IMG/VR virus record: IMGVR_UViG_3300025858_000016
Location: 1-64,000 of that record
From: a virus
Taxonomy: Duplodnaviria > Caudoviricetes
Reading direction: 5' to 3' (one strand)
DNA: 64,000 nucleotides
This document shows, piece by piece, positions 19,133 to 29,354 of this stretch. How positions within the stretch are numbered: position 1 is the first letter of the stretch; each line of letters opens with the position of its first letter. A model generated the notes under the pieces. It did not search any database. It was not told where the DNA came from and worked only from the letters and a program-made list of their open reading frames with translations. Both the position numbers and the translations under genes were made by a program.

Positions 19133-20785
19133 ATGGATGTCGATAAGAAAATAAGATTATCTGTTGAACCTGGCGATATTCGGACAGGTATGCAAGAGAT
19201 TCGTGATAGTTTATTCCAAGAAGCAAGAAAGGTTGTTGATGATATTAGAAGTAAAACTTCTTCACAGGAAGAATTTAATAAAGCATTAGAGAGAGAAATT
19301 TCATTAAGAGAACGTATAAATAAAACATCTCTGGCAGAATCTAGGTTGGAATTTAGTAATGCTATGTTCAGTGCCAGAAGTGAGCAAGATAGAGAAGAAG
19401 CTAGACAACAGTATGATGATGTAATAAGTCAATCAAAAGTAGAAGATGAACAATTAGATGTTTTAAAACAGATTAGAGAGTTACTTAATAAACAAGACAG
19501 AGAATCTGATACTGAAACAGTTTTTAATGATCGTGAAGATAAGTATGGTACTAGAGGGTCATCTGATACTTCAACTAGAGAAGAGAGAGATAGACGTGAC
19601 TATCGTAGATTGAGTGCCTCTACAATCGCATTAGGTTTGACACGTTCTTTTACTGGAGCAGAAACTCCCGTTGATATGGGATTAGGTGTTGCTAGTAGTA
19701 CTGGTAGTGCTATGGTTGGTTTTGGTGGTGGAGTAGCAGCTGCTGGGATAGGTATTTTAATAGGGGCAGAAGTTGCAAAAAAGGGATGGAGTTTAGCTAC
19801 AGAATATGCTAAACAGTGGGGAGAATCATATGCTACATTAGGTAGAGAAGCAAGTTTGGGAGATAGAAGAGCAAATGAAGCCCTTGGTTTTAGTAAAATA
19901 GATATGTTATCGAGACTTGCTCCTTTGGCAATGTCAAGAAGATCAGGTGTTGGGATTGAAGAGTCATTGAGGAATATGCTTTTATTGAAGAAAGGTATTA
20001 ATTTAGATGAAAATTTATATTCTTCCATGGAAATGATGTCCACAATAAGTGGACAAACAGGGTTAAGTAATATACAATCAGCTATTGCAGCTATGAGAGC
20101 AGGTGGGATAGTAAGAGGACAGGATATGTCTGCAGTACCTGACTTTTTGTCTATAATAGTTCAACAAGGTAAAGAACAATTATCAAGATTAGGCAGGATA
20201 GATGTTGGAGTAAATTCTAAGATGGTTTCATCATTAGCCAGTATGGATGATGTATTGAGTAAGTCACCTGAAGCCTTAAGTTCTTTATTAAATGGGTTAC
20301 AGGGTGGATTGACAGGTGCTAAATCACCTCAGATGGAAGCATTACAATATTCAGTTTTATCAAGAATGTATCCTGGTGCTAGTTATTTTGAATTGAGAAA
20401 GATGAGAGAAGCTGGGTTTAGAACTCCGGGATATGCAGAAGGTATGATAGAATTATTAAAGAATATAACAGGTGGTGGAGAGAATTTATATTTGAATTTA
20501 GAAGGTGCTATGGGAATTTCAGCTAGTCAAGCTGAGATATTAGGTAAAGGGTATGGTAAGATGGGACAGATGATGAAACAAGAGTTTAAAGGAAAAGTTG
20601 GTGTTTCAGATTTAGAAGCTAGAGCTATTGCAGCTACCCCTACTCAAGAGGAATTAAGAGCCAAATTTGTAGATTTACAAACAGATGCTGTTAGAGGGTT
20701 TAACAGAGCAACATCTAATTTTGTTACAGCTATTACTAAATTTATGAATTGGGTAGATAGTAAGAATTCAAAAATTATTAAATAG
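19133..20785 (+). CDS. Tape measure-like protein
   Basis: Helical, Gly/Ala-rich with a hydrophobic segment; follows the chaperones. Confidence 0.55.
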   Translation: MDVDKKIRLSVEPGDIRTGMQEIRDSLFQEARKVVDDIRSKTSSQEEFNKALEREISLRERINKTSLAESRLEFSNAMFSARSEQDREEARQQYDDVISQSKVEDEQLDVLKQIRELLNKQDRESDTETVFNDREDKYGTRGSSDTSTREERDRRDYRRLSASTIALGLTRSFTGAETPVDMGLGVASSTGSAMVGFGGGVAAAGIGILIGAEVAKKGWSLATEYAKQWGESYATLGREASLGDRRANEALGFSKIDMLSRLAPLAMSRRSGVGIEESLRNMLLLKKGINLDENLYSSMEMMSTISGQTGLSNIQSAIAAMRAGGIVRGQDMSAVPDFLSIIVQQGKEQLSRLGRIDVGVNSKMVSSLASMDDVLSKSPEALSSLLNGLQGGLTGAKSPQMEALQYSVLSRMYPGASYFELRKMREAGFRTPGYAEGMIELLKNITGGGENLYLNLEGAMGISASQAEILGKGYGKMGQMMKQEFKGKVGVSDLEARAIAATPTQEELRAKFVDLQTDAVRGFNRATSNFVTAITKFMNWVDSKNSKIIK

Positions 20786-23565
20786 TGTCTATTAAATTAG
20801 TTAAATTAGTTAAAGGAGATGATAGATACTTCGATTATAAATCGGAGTATGTTGGTATTACTTATGATGATTTTAGAGGAATAAGTGGAGGTGGATTTGG
20901 TAAAAGAGATATGTTTGTTGATGAAAGAATAATGAAAGCTATAGTAGAAATTTGTGTATACTATAATATACAGTCTGTTATTATAACTTCTAGCAGAAGA
21001 ACAAAAGAATTTAATTCTACACTTCCTAATAGCTCAGAAACATCAAGACATTTGTATGGAGAAGCAATAGATTTTAAGTTTTTTAGTGATGATATAATAT
21101 TACATGATGAGTATAAGAAAGATATAAGAGGTGGTAGTGATTTGTTTGTTAAATTATATGCATTAGGAGTTAGAGAGTTTTTCTTTTATAAGACTTTTAA
21201 TCACATAGCTATTGAGAGTGGTAAATTTCAAATAAAAGATTACTCTAAAGAGCCTAGCGATGTAGTTAAGAAAAATGTTACTAAACAAGTTAAATCAGTT
21301 GAAAGAGCTGTTTTGCCTCCTGTTAAAGATTATTATGAATATTATGTTCAAGATTCTGGGTTGAGTACTATTAGTAAATTAATTCAAGATCCTAATTCTA
21401 TTATAGGCACCCCTAAAATGTCTAAGAAAGAGATTTTAGAATATCAAGGTACTACTAATATGAGTAATTTATATAGATTATGGGATAAGTATAATATTGA
21501 TCAGAAAAATGAATTTTCTACAGAATATAAAAGTTTAACAGATAAGATATTAGCCGCTACCACTTATTCAGAAAAAGATGAATATATAGAACAAAGAAAA
21601 TTAGTAAAACCTAAGTTTGATGATAAGTTAGACTATGATATAAATGTGGGGACTATGATAATAGTGCCTAAAAATAGAACAAATTTAGAAGTATTATCTG
21701 TTACTGGGAAAGACATATTTTTAGTGCAACAAAATTTAACTACTTTTTTATCAGATGAATTAAAAGCACTTATAAATGACCCTACATATGTTCCTGCTCA
21801 TGAAGTGAAGATTATAAATTCATCTTATTCTATAAGATATTTACATGTTTCTTTCAGCTGTTGGATATATATTAGATCAATAGATAAGATATTAGATATT
21901 TCTCCATTTATTATATCAATGGATACTAAAGTATCAGAGAGTGGAGATTTTTCATTTTCATTAGGTGAAATAGATAATATTTATAATGTAGAAAAGTTTA
22001 GTGATACTTTGTATTCTTATATAGATAAGACAGTTAATGATAAGTATAATTTATCATATTTTCATAAATATATACAACAGAATGATATAGTTTTCATTAG
22101 ATTTGAGAAACTTGACATAGAGAAAAAGAGAAGTATATATGATATGAATAAATGGGATATGTTTATTGATAAGAATGAGTTGCCTAATAAGATTTATGAT
22201 ATGATAGGGTTAGTTGATACTTGTCATGAATCATATAATTCAGTTTCTGCAATATCTACAATAAGTGTTAGTGGTAGAGATTTTAGTAAATTGTTATCAG
22301 AAGATGGTAGTTATTTTATGCCATTTGCATTAGTTAATGGTGCTAAGGACTTTTTTCTTAATTATAATAAGGATGATACATTTTTTAAGAGAATATTTAC
22401 TACAGGTCAGTTTATGTCTACATTTACTGTTCTTCATAGAAGTATAAGAGATTCATTGGGGTTTATTTTTAATCAGTTGACTAATACAGGTGTATTGCCT
22501 AAAAATAGTGATTTATTTAATTCTTATAAGAGTTCATTTAATAGAATAACAAAGAAAATTGAAGACAGACAAAGTAAGACATATGTAATAAGCAACTCAA
22601 ATAAAGAATATTTAGATAGTGTTGAGCAAAATGGAGTTTGGAAAATAATAAAGATGGTTATTGATCATCAATTAGATAGTAGAAGATTAGCTAATGGAGA
22701 GTTATCTAATCCAGATGGGCCTATTTTAGAGTTGATTAATAAAGTATGTCAATTCCCATTTGTTGAATTTTGGGGTGATACTATTGGTGATCAATTTGTG
22801 TTCATGGCTAGACAACCTCCATATACTAAATCTCAGATACAAGATTATTTTAAGAATAATGAAATTATTAGTGTCGATGCTGATATGTTTAATGATGTTT
22901 CATTAGATTGGGAAAGTTCATATTTTACTTGGTATCAAGTTATTCCATCAGATATAGGTACTTTAGGCAGTAATCAATATACTACAGCAGCATTTCTTCC
23001 TATAGTATATTTTGAAGAGTTTGCTAATATTTTTGGTATACATAAGAAAGTTGTACCAGATGCCTATATAGCTACAAGTGTGTTAGTTGGAGATCAGTCA
23101 AAGGTAAATTATGATTTGTTTAGAGATTTTTTGGCTAATGATATGAAGTTTTTAGTGGAATCGAATATGATATTACCATTTACTCGTAAAGGTACTATTA
23201 CTATCCCTGGTGGGGATAGAAGGATAAAAAGGGGGATGTGGATTTATTTTGCACCTACAGAAGAAATTTTTTATGTTAATTCTGTATCTAATTCAGTTTC
23301 AATAAATGGTGATACTATTAATAGATCAACAGTTATAAATGTAGACAGAGGTATGAAGAAAAAATATGTTATTGATGAATCAGGTAAGAAAATAGATGAT
23401 AAATTCATAAATTATTTTAATATCGTAAATATAGATGTTATAGTTGATAGATTACGGATTAAATTAGATAATGGTAAAATAGGGACATCAACAATAAGTG
23501 ATAATTCCAAATTAATAAATCCGAACATGTTAGATTTTTTCTTAAAAAGAAAACAATGGGAATAG
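20785..23565 (+). CDS. Baseplate hub / tail-associated protein with N-terminal M15-like peptidase
   Basis: ITSSRRT..N......SRHLYGEAIDF...HI M15 motifs; C-terminal hub-like region (SGRDFSKLL, GTITIPGGDRRIKRG); GTG start overlapping TAG. Confidence 0.6.
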   Translation: MSIKLVKLVKGDDRYFDYKSEYVGITYDDFRGISGGGFGKRDMFVDERIMKAIVEICVYYNIQSVIITSSRRTKEFNSTLPNSSETSRHLYGEAIDFKFFSDDIILHDEYKKDIRGGSDLFVKLYALGVREFFFYKTFNHIAIESGKFQIKDYSKEPSDVVKKNVTKQVKSVERAVLPPVKDYYEYYVQDSGLSTISKLIQDPNSIIGTPKMSKKEILEYQGTTNMSNLYRLWDKYNIDQKNEFSTEYKSLTDKILAATTYSEKDEYIEQRKLVKPKFDDKLDYDINVGTMIIVPKNRTNLEVLSVTGKDIFLVQQNLTTFLSDELKALINDPTYVPAHEVKIINSSYSIRYLHVSFSCWIYIRSIDKILDISPFIISMDTKVSESGDFSFSLGEIDNIYNVEKFSDTLYSYIDKTVNDKYNLSYFHKYIQQNDIVFIRFEKLDIEKKRSIYDMNKWDMFIDKNELPNKIYDMIGLVDTCHESYNSVSAISTISVSGRDFSKLLSEDGSYFMPFALVNGAKDFFLNYNKDDTFFKRIFTTGQFMSTFTVLHRSIRDSLGFIFNQLTNTGVLPKNSDLFNSYKSSFNRITKKIEDRQSKTYVISNSNKEYLDSVEQNGVWKIIKMVIDHQLDSRRLANGELSNPDGPILELINKVCQFPFVEFWGDTIGDQFVFMARQPPYTKSQIQDYFKNNEIISVDADMFNDVSLDWESSYFTWYQVIPSDIGTLGSNQYTTAAFLPIVYFEEFANIFGIHKKVVPDAYIATSVLVGDQSKVNYDLFRDFLANDMKFLVESNMILPFTRKGTITIPGGDRRIKRGMWIYFAPTEEIFYVNSVSNSVSINGDTINRSTVINVDRGMKKKYVIDESGKKIDDKFINYFNIVNIDVIVDRLRIKLDNGKIGTSTISDNSKLINPNMLDFFLKRKQWE

Positions 23566-24404
23566 AGAGTGGTGCTGGTGTTTATAAGGATTTTGATCAA
23601 AGTTTTAGGAGATCTATAAACTTTGGGTATATAATTATACCTGAAGATATAGATCGTGATAGTTATGTGAATAGATGTTTGAGATTAGAGAGATTTTCTA
23701 TTTTAGTTGAATCATTTGGCGGGGTAATCCATAATTGTCGGGCTACTAAATCCGCTATTCAAGATATAAAGTTCCCTCTAAAGGGAGAGAAGTTAGGTAG
23801 TGCAGTAACATTTTTTGTAGAACCAGATGCTAGTTTATGTATTATTACTGGAGTAATTTCTAAACATGATGAAACTGAGATTAATAATGAAAATATACTT
23901 GTATTTAAGAGAGGTAATGGTACAGGGATGTCTATATTATCAGTTGATGGTAATGGTAAGATAAATATAGATATAATAGGTAAAAATAGCAGTTTTGATT
24001 TAGATGTTAGAAGTGATGATTACACATCATCAATGAATGTGAATGTTAAAGGGAATATTAATTTAAACAGTGTAGGTAATATTAATATTACCTCTATAGA
24101 TGGTAGTCTAAATATAAAATCTGATAAGAATATAGTTATAGATTCAGATAGAGAAATTAGTATTAAATCAGATAAATTATCTGTTCATGAAGCTAATGAA
24201 TCTATGGTTAGAGGTGATGAATTGAAGACTAATTTAGATAAGAGTAATGAAGTTGTTCAGACTATTTTAGATACAATAAATACTTGGTCTCCTATACCTG
24301 GTGATGGAGGTGCCTCTTTGAAGGTCGCTATTAAATTAGCATTACTTGGTAAGACATTAGGTAATTTTGATAAAATTAAAAGCGAAAAATCATTTTTAGA
24401 ATAG
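23556..24404 (+). CDS. Baseplate spike/puncturing (gpV/gp5-like) protein
   Basis: OB-like N-terminus then beta-helix-like repeats (VKGNINLNSVGNINI); position after hub. Confidence 0.55.
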   Translation: MGIESGAGVYKDFDQSFRRSINFGYIIIPEDIDRDSYVNRCLRLERFSILVESFGGVIHNCRATKSAIQDIKFPLKGEKLGSAVTFFVEPDASLCIITGVISKHDETEINNENILVFKRGNGTGMSILSVDGNGKINIDIIGKNSSFDLDVRSDDYTSSMNVNVKGNINLNSVGNINITSIDGSLNIKSDKNIVIDSDREISIKSDKLSVHEANESMVRGDELKTNLDKSNEVVQTILDTINTWSPIPGDGGASLKVAIKLALLGKTLGNFDKIKSEKSFLE

Positions 24405-24428
24405 CAAAATTTTTTATAATTTTATACC

Positions 24429-25238
24429 GTGATTTTAGACAATTTTATAGAAATGGCTTCTGAACAACTTAATAAGTTGGGAAGAGAAAAAATGTCATCT
24501 TTATATCCAAGAGATTTTGAGGTATATATGTGCGCTTTAGAGTTGGTTGATGATAATTTGTTTCCTGTTGATTATTTTGCATTTCCTGTAATGCCTAAAA
24601 GTATTACTAAAAATGAGAGTGAGGCTACAACTATTCAACATTCATTCAATGGGATAACTGTTTTTAACAAAAAGGGGTATATTCCAGATGAATTAACGAT
24701 ACAGGGAGATTTTGGTAGATCATTTAAGATAATACAACCAACTAAGGGTATAGAAGAAGATTATGCACAGTTGTTTAGAGGGATTAGAATTAGTCCTTCT
24801 ATTGAGAATGGGTATTATAAATCAGAAGATGTGAATAATGATAGTAATCTATTTAAAAAACTTAAATTGCCATATGGTATAAAGACTGGCTTTAGTTGTA
24901 TAAATATACTGAAGTCCATCATTCATAAGGCGAAGTCACATGGAGATACAGGTAAGACTTATAAATTATATTTCTATAATCCTGCTTTAGGGGAGAATTA
25001 TTTGGTTGTTCCGGCTAAAAATCCATTATCATTTTCACAGTCTGAACAAACTTCTAATATGATATGGCAATATACTTTGAATTTGATAGTAATTGCTGAT
25101 CTTGAAGATGTGGAGTGTATAAATCAGTCTGATAAACATATGCAATATTCTTTTACGGCTGATAAAATATTGGGTAATATATCAACTCTTCAATCTATGA
25201 CGATGAGTTATAATCAAATGGATATTTTAAAGAGATGA
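24429..25238 (+). CDS. Baseplate/tube-initiator-like protein
   Basis: FAFPVMPKSI...ELTIQGDFG...WQYTLNL; true start may be ATG 24453 given the upstream promoter motif. Confidence 0.45.
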   Translation: MILDNFIEMASEQLNKLGREKMSSLYPRDFEVYMCALELVDDNLFPVDYFAFPVMPKSITKNESEATTIQHSFNGITVFNKKGYIPDELTIQGDFGRSFKIIQPTKGIEEDYAQLFRGIRISPSIENGYYKSEDVNNDSNLFKKLKLPYGIKTGFSCINILKSIIHKAKSHGDTGKTYKLYFYNPALGENYLVVPAKNPLSFSQSEQTSNMIWQYTLNLIVIADLEDVECINQSDKHMQYSFTADKILGNISTLQSMTMSYNQMDILKR

Positions 25239-26137
25239 ATATTTTAGATAAGTTTTGGTCTGTTACTAATTATGATCTGAAAGTTTATTTTTCAGATTTT
25301 GAAACTTTTATTACTGACTATTTACCGCAGATTTCTGCATATTATAGTGGCAATTCTAATGTAGATAAATATTCATTTAGTGAACTAAACAGATTATATA
25401 ATGAAAGTTTAATTATAGAGAAAATGATTTCCCATGTTAATACTAATTTAAGTAATAATACTGAGTTTTGGGATTTAGTAGATAATTTGTCTGATATGAA
25501 GGTTAAATTAGAGACTTGTTTAAATTTATGCAAATGGTTGAGAAGTTCTTATGTGTATGGATATGAGAATAATTCTAAATTTGAATATATTTTAAAACAG
25601 AGACAGACTATTGAGAATTTATCATTACAATTAGGGAGTAGTGACCCTAATTTTGATTGGGTGGAATTGACAGTTAGTAATAATTTACTTGAAGTAGATT
25701 ATGATCATGATGGTGGAAATTTATTAAATATAAATAGAATAGATAATAAAGTTATGAATATTACTACAGTTGTAGATGTTATGGTTGGGAATAATATTTT
25801 AGGTAAAGATATGATAGATTTTATACAATTTATTGATGATGATGTATTAACTCTTGGGGTTGAAGATACTATGGAACAATCGGCAGATATTTGTTTAAGA
25901 GTGGTTAGGGGTAGTGTCCCAGAATTCCCTATTTTAGGGATTTCAAAACATTTTGTTGGATCTTCGTTGAATAATATAATGTTTTCTTCTTTAAATAGAG
26001 AGGTGATAAATAATTTTAAAACAGATGATTCTTTTAAGAATGTTCAAATGGTTGATAGTAGAGTTGTAGAAGATGTTGTTTTTTATGATTTTAAGATTGA
26101 ATCTCGTTTACATCAAGAAATAAATAAAACATTGTAA
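25235..26137 (+). CDS. Baseplate wedge protein (C-terminal gp25-like region)
   Basis: RGSVPEFPILG and F.TDDSF..V pattern; immediately before baseplate J. Confidence 0.5.
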   Translation: MNILDKFWSVTNYDLKVYFSDFETFITDYLPQISAYYSGNSNVDKYSFSELNRLYNESLIIEKMISHVNTNLSNNTEFWDLVDNLSDMKVKLETCLNLCKWLRSSYVYGYENNSKFEYILKQRQTIENLSLQLGSSDPNFDWVELTVSNNLLEVDYDHDGGNLLNINRIDNKVMNITTVVDVMVGNNILGKDMIDFIQFIDDDVLTLGVEDTMEQSADICLRVVRGSVPEFPILGISKHFVGSSLNNIMFSSLNREVINNFKTDDSFKNVQMVDSRVVEDVVFYDFKIESRLHQEINKTL

Positions 26138-27312
26138 TGTTAGATAAATTATTAACAGAAGTATTGACTATTGCTGATTTAAAAGCATTGTATGTTGAGA
26201 CATTTCTTAATCATACGACTAAGGTGTCTAAGATATCTGATTTGTCAGTTTTGAATGCCCATGCTTTTGGTATAGCTAAGATATTTCAAAAAGATATAAA
26301 AGATACTGCTATTATTGAATCACAAATATTTCCTGAATTAAGTTCAGGGAGTTATTTAGATAATGCAGCTAAATTAGTAGGATGTGGAGATAGATTATCT
26401 GCCAATGTATCTTCTACTTATGTACTTGTTTATGCTGATCCAGCTACTACTTATGTTCCTGGTGAGTCATTATTTGTAAGTAATCAGGGTGTAACTTTTA
26501 GTATAACAGATGTTACTATTGTTGGTGATAATGGATATGCATATATACCAGTTAGAAGTACATCAGTTGGTAGAAATACTAATGTTAGTGCTTTCAGTAT
26601 AAATCAGATCCAGAATCCACCTCTTGGTCATTTATATTGTACTAATGAATATGAAGCAAGTGGGGGCAGAGATATTGAGAGTGATGAAGATTTTAAAACT
26701 AGAATATCAATGTTCAGAGAGTTTGCTGCTAAAGGTTCTTTTTCTAATTTGTTAGTGAATTTGAATTCTATAGATAGTGATATTTTGAGTATAAGAAAGA
26801 GTGGGTATACTGAAGATGGTAAGATATTGATTTCAATAGTTACTTGTAACGGTAAATGGTACTCAGATGATGAACTTTCTTCATTTGAAGAAAAATTGTC
26901 ATCGTTTATGAATATAAATGATGTAGATGACCAAGCTGGTGTTTTAGGTATAAAATTACAGAATATAGAATGGCATGAAGTTGGCGGTTCTAATGGTATA
27001 GATTTTAGAGTTGATATAATGTCAGGGTATTCAGATGTAGATATAAGAAGGAGTATTCAAATACAAATGACTAAGTATTTTGATTTTAGATATTTTACTA
27101 AGAGTGTAATAGAATGGGATGATTTATTACAAATAGTTAAGAATGTAAGAGGTGTTAAATATGTACCAGATGAATTTTTCTTGCCTAATAATGATACTTA
27201 TATTTATAAGTATAAACTCCCTAGAATTATTAAATTCATAATGAGAGATATGTATGGTAATATATTGTATGATAATAATAATTCAATATTACCAATTTAT
27301 TATAGTATATGA
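26137..27312 (+). CDS. Baseplate J-like protein
   Basis: GSYLD, VG..TNV.A.SI and GGRDIESDEDFKTRI motifs. Confidence 0.8.
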   Translation: MLDKLLTEVLTIADLKALYVETFLNHTTKVSKISDLSVLNAHAFGIAKIFQKDIKDTAIIESQIFPELSSGSYLDNAAKLVGCGDRLSANVSSTYVLVYADPATTYVPGESLFVSNQGVTFSITDVTIVGDNGYAYIPVRSTSVGRNTNVSAFSINQIQNPPLGHLYCTNEYEASGGRDIESDEDFKTRISMFREFAAKGSFSNLLVNLNSIDSDILSIRKSGYTEDGKILISIVTCNGKWYSDDELSSFEEKLSSFMNINDVDDQAGVLGIKLQNIEWHEVGGSNGIDFRVDIMSGYSDVDIRRSIQIQMTKYFDFRYFTKSVIEWDDLLQIVKNVRGVKYVPDEFFLPNNDTYIYKYKLPRIIKFIMRDMYGNILYDNNNSILPIYYSI

Positions 27313-29351
27313 TAAAAAAGTATAACGATACTGAATTTTCCGGTCTATTTAATTACAACGACCCAAAGATCGCTGAAATTGCTAATAATTTGTTTGAAAA
27401 GATTAGACAATTTGGGGAATTAGCTGGTTATATTAAGAGAGACAAAATAGTAAGAGAGAAGTTTAATGTAGTAGATGGATCAGCTGCTGCACCAATAGGT
27501 ATCAAAGATGATAAGTTCACATTTGGATATGCCTATTGTGGCAAGTTATTGACTGTTGAAGGAGATAGCAGATATGATAATTTAGGTAGAGTTTATACTA
27601 TAGAATTTGAGATTTCATTTAATGAGCCTATTTTTGGTGATATAGATATGTTTGATAGTAAGTTACTTATTAGACCAGATGGGACAATAACATTTCATGG
27701 ATTAGAGTTTTTAACTACTTTTGAGTTATATAAGTTATATAAAATAAAGATAATCAGAGATCATTATGATGTTAGCCTTTATATAGATAATGTTTTGTTA
27801 GGTACTGATATTTTAAGTGAAGATATAGATACAGAATATAATATTTTATATGTATCTGGACCTTCGACCCCTCCGGTTACTGTATATTTTGATGTAAATG
27901 TGAGTTCATTAGCTCCTAATAGTGGTGTTTCTATATCAGTTAATAAGATTGATAAAAATGGTCAATCACATGGTATAACTAGTTTTACTAGAACATATAT
28001 AGATGGTGAGAGTGTATTAATAACAGCACCATCAGTATCAAATACAGGTACAGTTTTTAAATTATGGAGATTAGACAGTGTAGACCAAACTGAAGGAGAA
28101 GTTGGAATATTGGTGACGATGGATCAAGATCACGATGTTATAGCTGTTTATGAAGAAGAAGTTGTTGTTACAGGGACTATACAAATTAATAAGGTTGTAA
28201 GTAATGCTCTTACAGACAAACATATATTTAGAGTGAAAGTAAATGGTGTATCTTATAGTATAGTACAAGGTACTCCATTATTATTAACAAATATGTCACT
28301 TGGTAATTATGTTGTTACAGAAGATACAGAAGAATGGTATGATTTAGATAGTATAGTTCCAAGTAGTTTTACTTTAGATGAAGATACTTTATCTGTAAGT
28401 GTTGTCGTTACTAATATCAAAAAAGAATCAGTTCCAACTCTTGGGTCTATAGTTATAAATAAATCTGTTGGGGAAGTACCTGTTTCACAACATGATGTAT
28501 TTGAATATACTGTTACTGGTAGTGGCCCAACTCCATTGATAGTGACTAAGTCAGGTACAATGGATGAGCACCCTATAGTCTTTAATGATTTACCAGAAGA
28601 TACCTATGTGATAACAGAAAGTCCTATGGAAAATTATGTTTTAGTGAGTATTACTCCTGATACTTGTGTTATCTCAGAAGGTGGGACATTAGATTGGGAA
28701 GTAGATGTTGTAAATGAACCCACCCCTATTACAGATGGTGGATATGGGTTAATATATAATAATTATGCTATTCAAGATTCTAGAAATATAGCTCCATTAA
28801 TGACAAGGGTGGCTACTGATGATGATTGGACAGAATTGTCAACATATTTAGGTGGTATAACTGCTGCTGGTCCTAAATTAAAGACCACATATGACTGGCC
28901 TACTAATCCAGGAACTAATAGTAGTGGATTTAGCGCTAGACCAGCAGGGTATAGATCATCTGATGGGGTATATCATCAATTCCAATCAGAAGGATTGTGG
29001 TGGACCGATACACAGTATTCTTATGATAGATCTTGGTATAGAAAGTTATCAGATTCATTAGTATCATTAGTAAGATCGTATGAATATAATAAGGTAGGTA
29101 TGTCTGTTAGATTTTTGATAGATATGTCATTATTCTCACAAAGTAATCCGCCTCCTAGTCAGATAACGGATTATGATGGTAATGTGTATGATATTATAGT
29201 TATAGGTGAGCAAAGGTGGGCAACTACTAATTTAAAAGTGAAACATTACCGTAATGGTGATTCTATATCTTTTGTAGATAGCAATTCTATTTGGGGCCAT
29301 TTATCTACAGGAGCATGGTGCTATCCTAATGGAGATGAAAACAATATATAA
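27309..29351 (+). CDS. Baseplate/fibre protein: LamG-like, Ig/prealbumin-like repeats and a permuted FISUMP domain
   Basis: VSLYIDN; GTIQINKVV / GSIVINKSV...Y.ITE repeats; YGLIYN..GFSARPAGYR..GMSVRF then TDYDGNVY..IGEQRW..NL. Confidence 0.65.
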   Translation: MIKKYNDTEFSGLFNYNDPKIAEIANNLFEKIRQFGELAGYIKRDKIVREKFNVVDGSAAAPIGIKDDKFTFGYAYCGKLLTVEGDSRYDNLGRVYTIEFEISFNEPIFGDIDMFDSKLLIRPDGTITFHGLEFLTTFELYKLYKIKIIRDHYDVSLYIDNVLLGTDILSEDIDTEYNILYVSGPSTPPVTVYFDVNVSSLAPNSGVSISVNKIDKNGQSHGITSFTRTYIDGESVLITAPSVSNTGTVFKLWRLDSVDQTEGEVGILVTMDQDHDVIAVYEEEVVVTGTIQINKVVSNALTDKHIFRVKVNGVSYSIVQGTPLLLTNMSLGNYVVTEDTEEWYDLDSIVPSSFTLDEDTLSVSVVVTNIKKESVPTLGSIVINKSVGEVPVSQHDVFEYTVTGSGPTPLIVTKSGTMDEHPIVFNDLPEDTYVITESPMENYVLVSITPDTCVISEGGTLDWEVDVVNEPTPITDGGYGLIYNNYAIQDSRNIAPLMTRVATDDDWTELSTYLGGITAAGPKLKTTYDWPTNPGTNSSGFSARPAGYRSSDGVYHQFQSEGLWWTDTQYSYDRSWYRKLSDSLVSLVRSYEYNKVGMSVRFLIDMSLFSQSNPPPSQITDYDGNVYDIIVIGEQRWATTNLKVKHYRNGDSISFVDSNSIWGHLSTGAWCYPNGDENNI

Positions 29352-29354
29352 GAT

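Noticed and set aside
28990-29120. DGR variable region in the FISUMP domains
   Set aside because: Codons before the SVR/SIR motif show ordinary mixed third positions with no NNC bias, and no template copy is visible.
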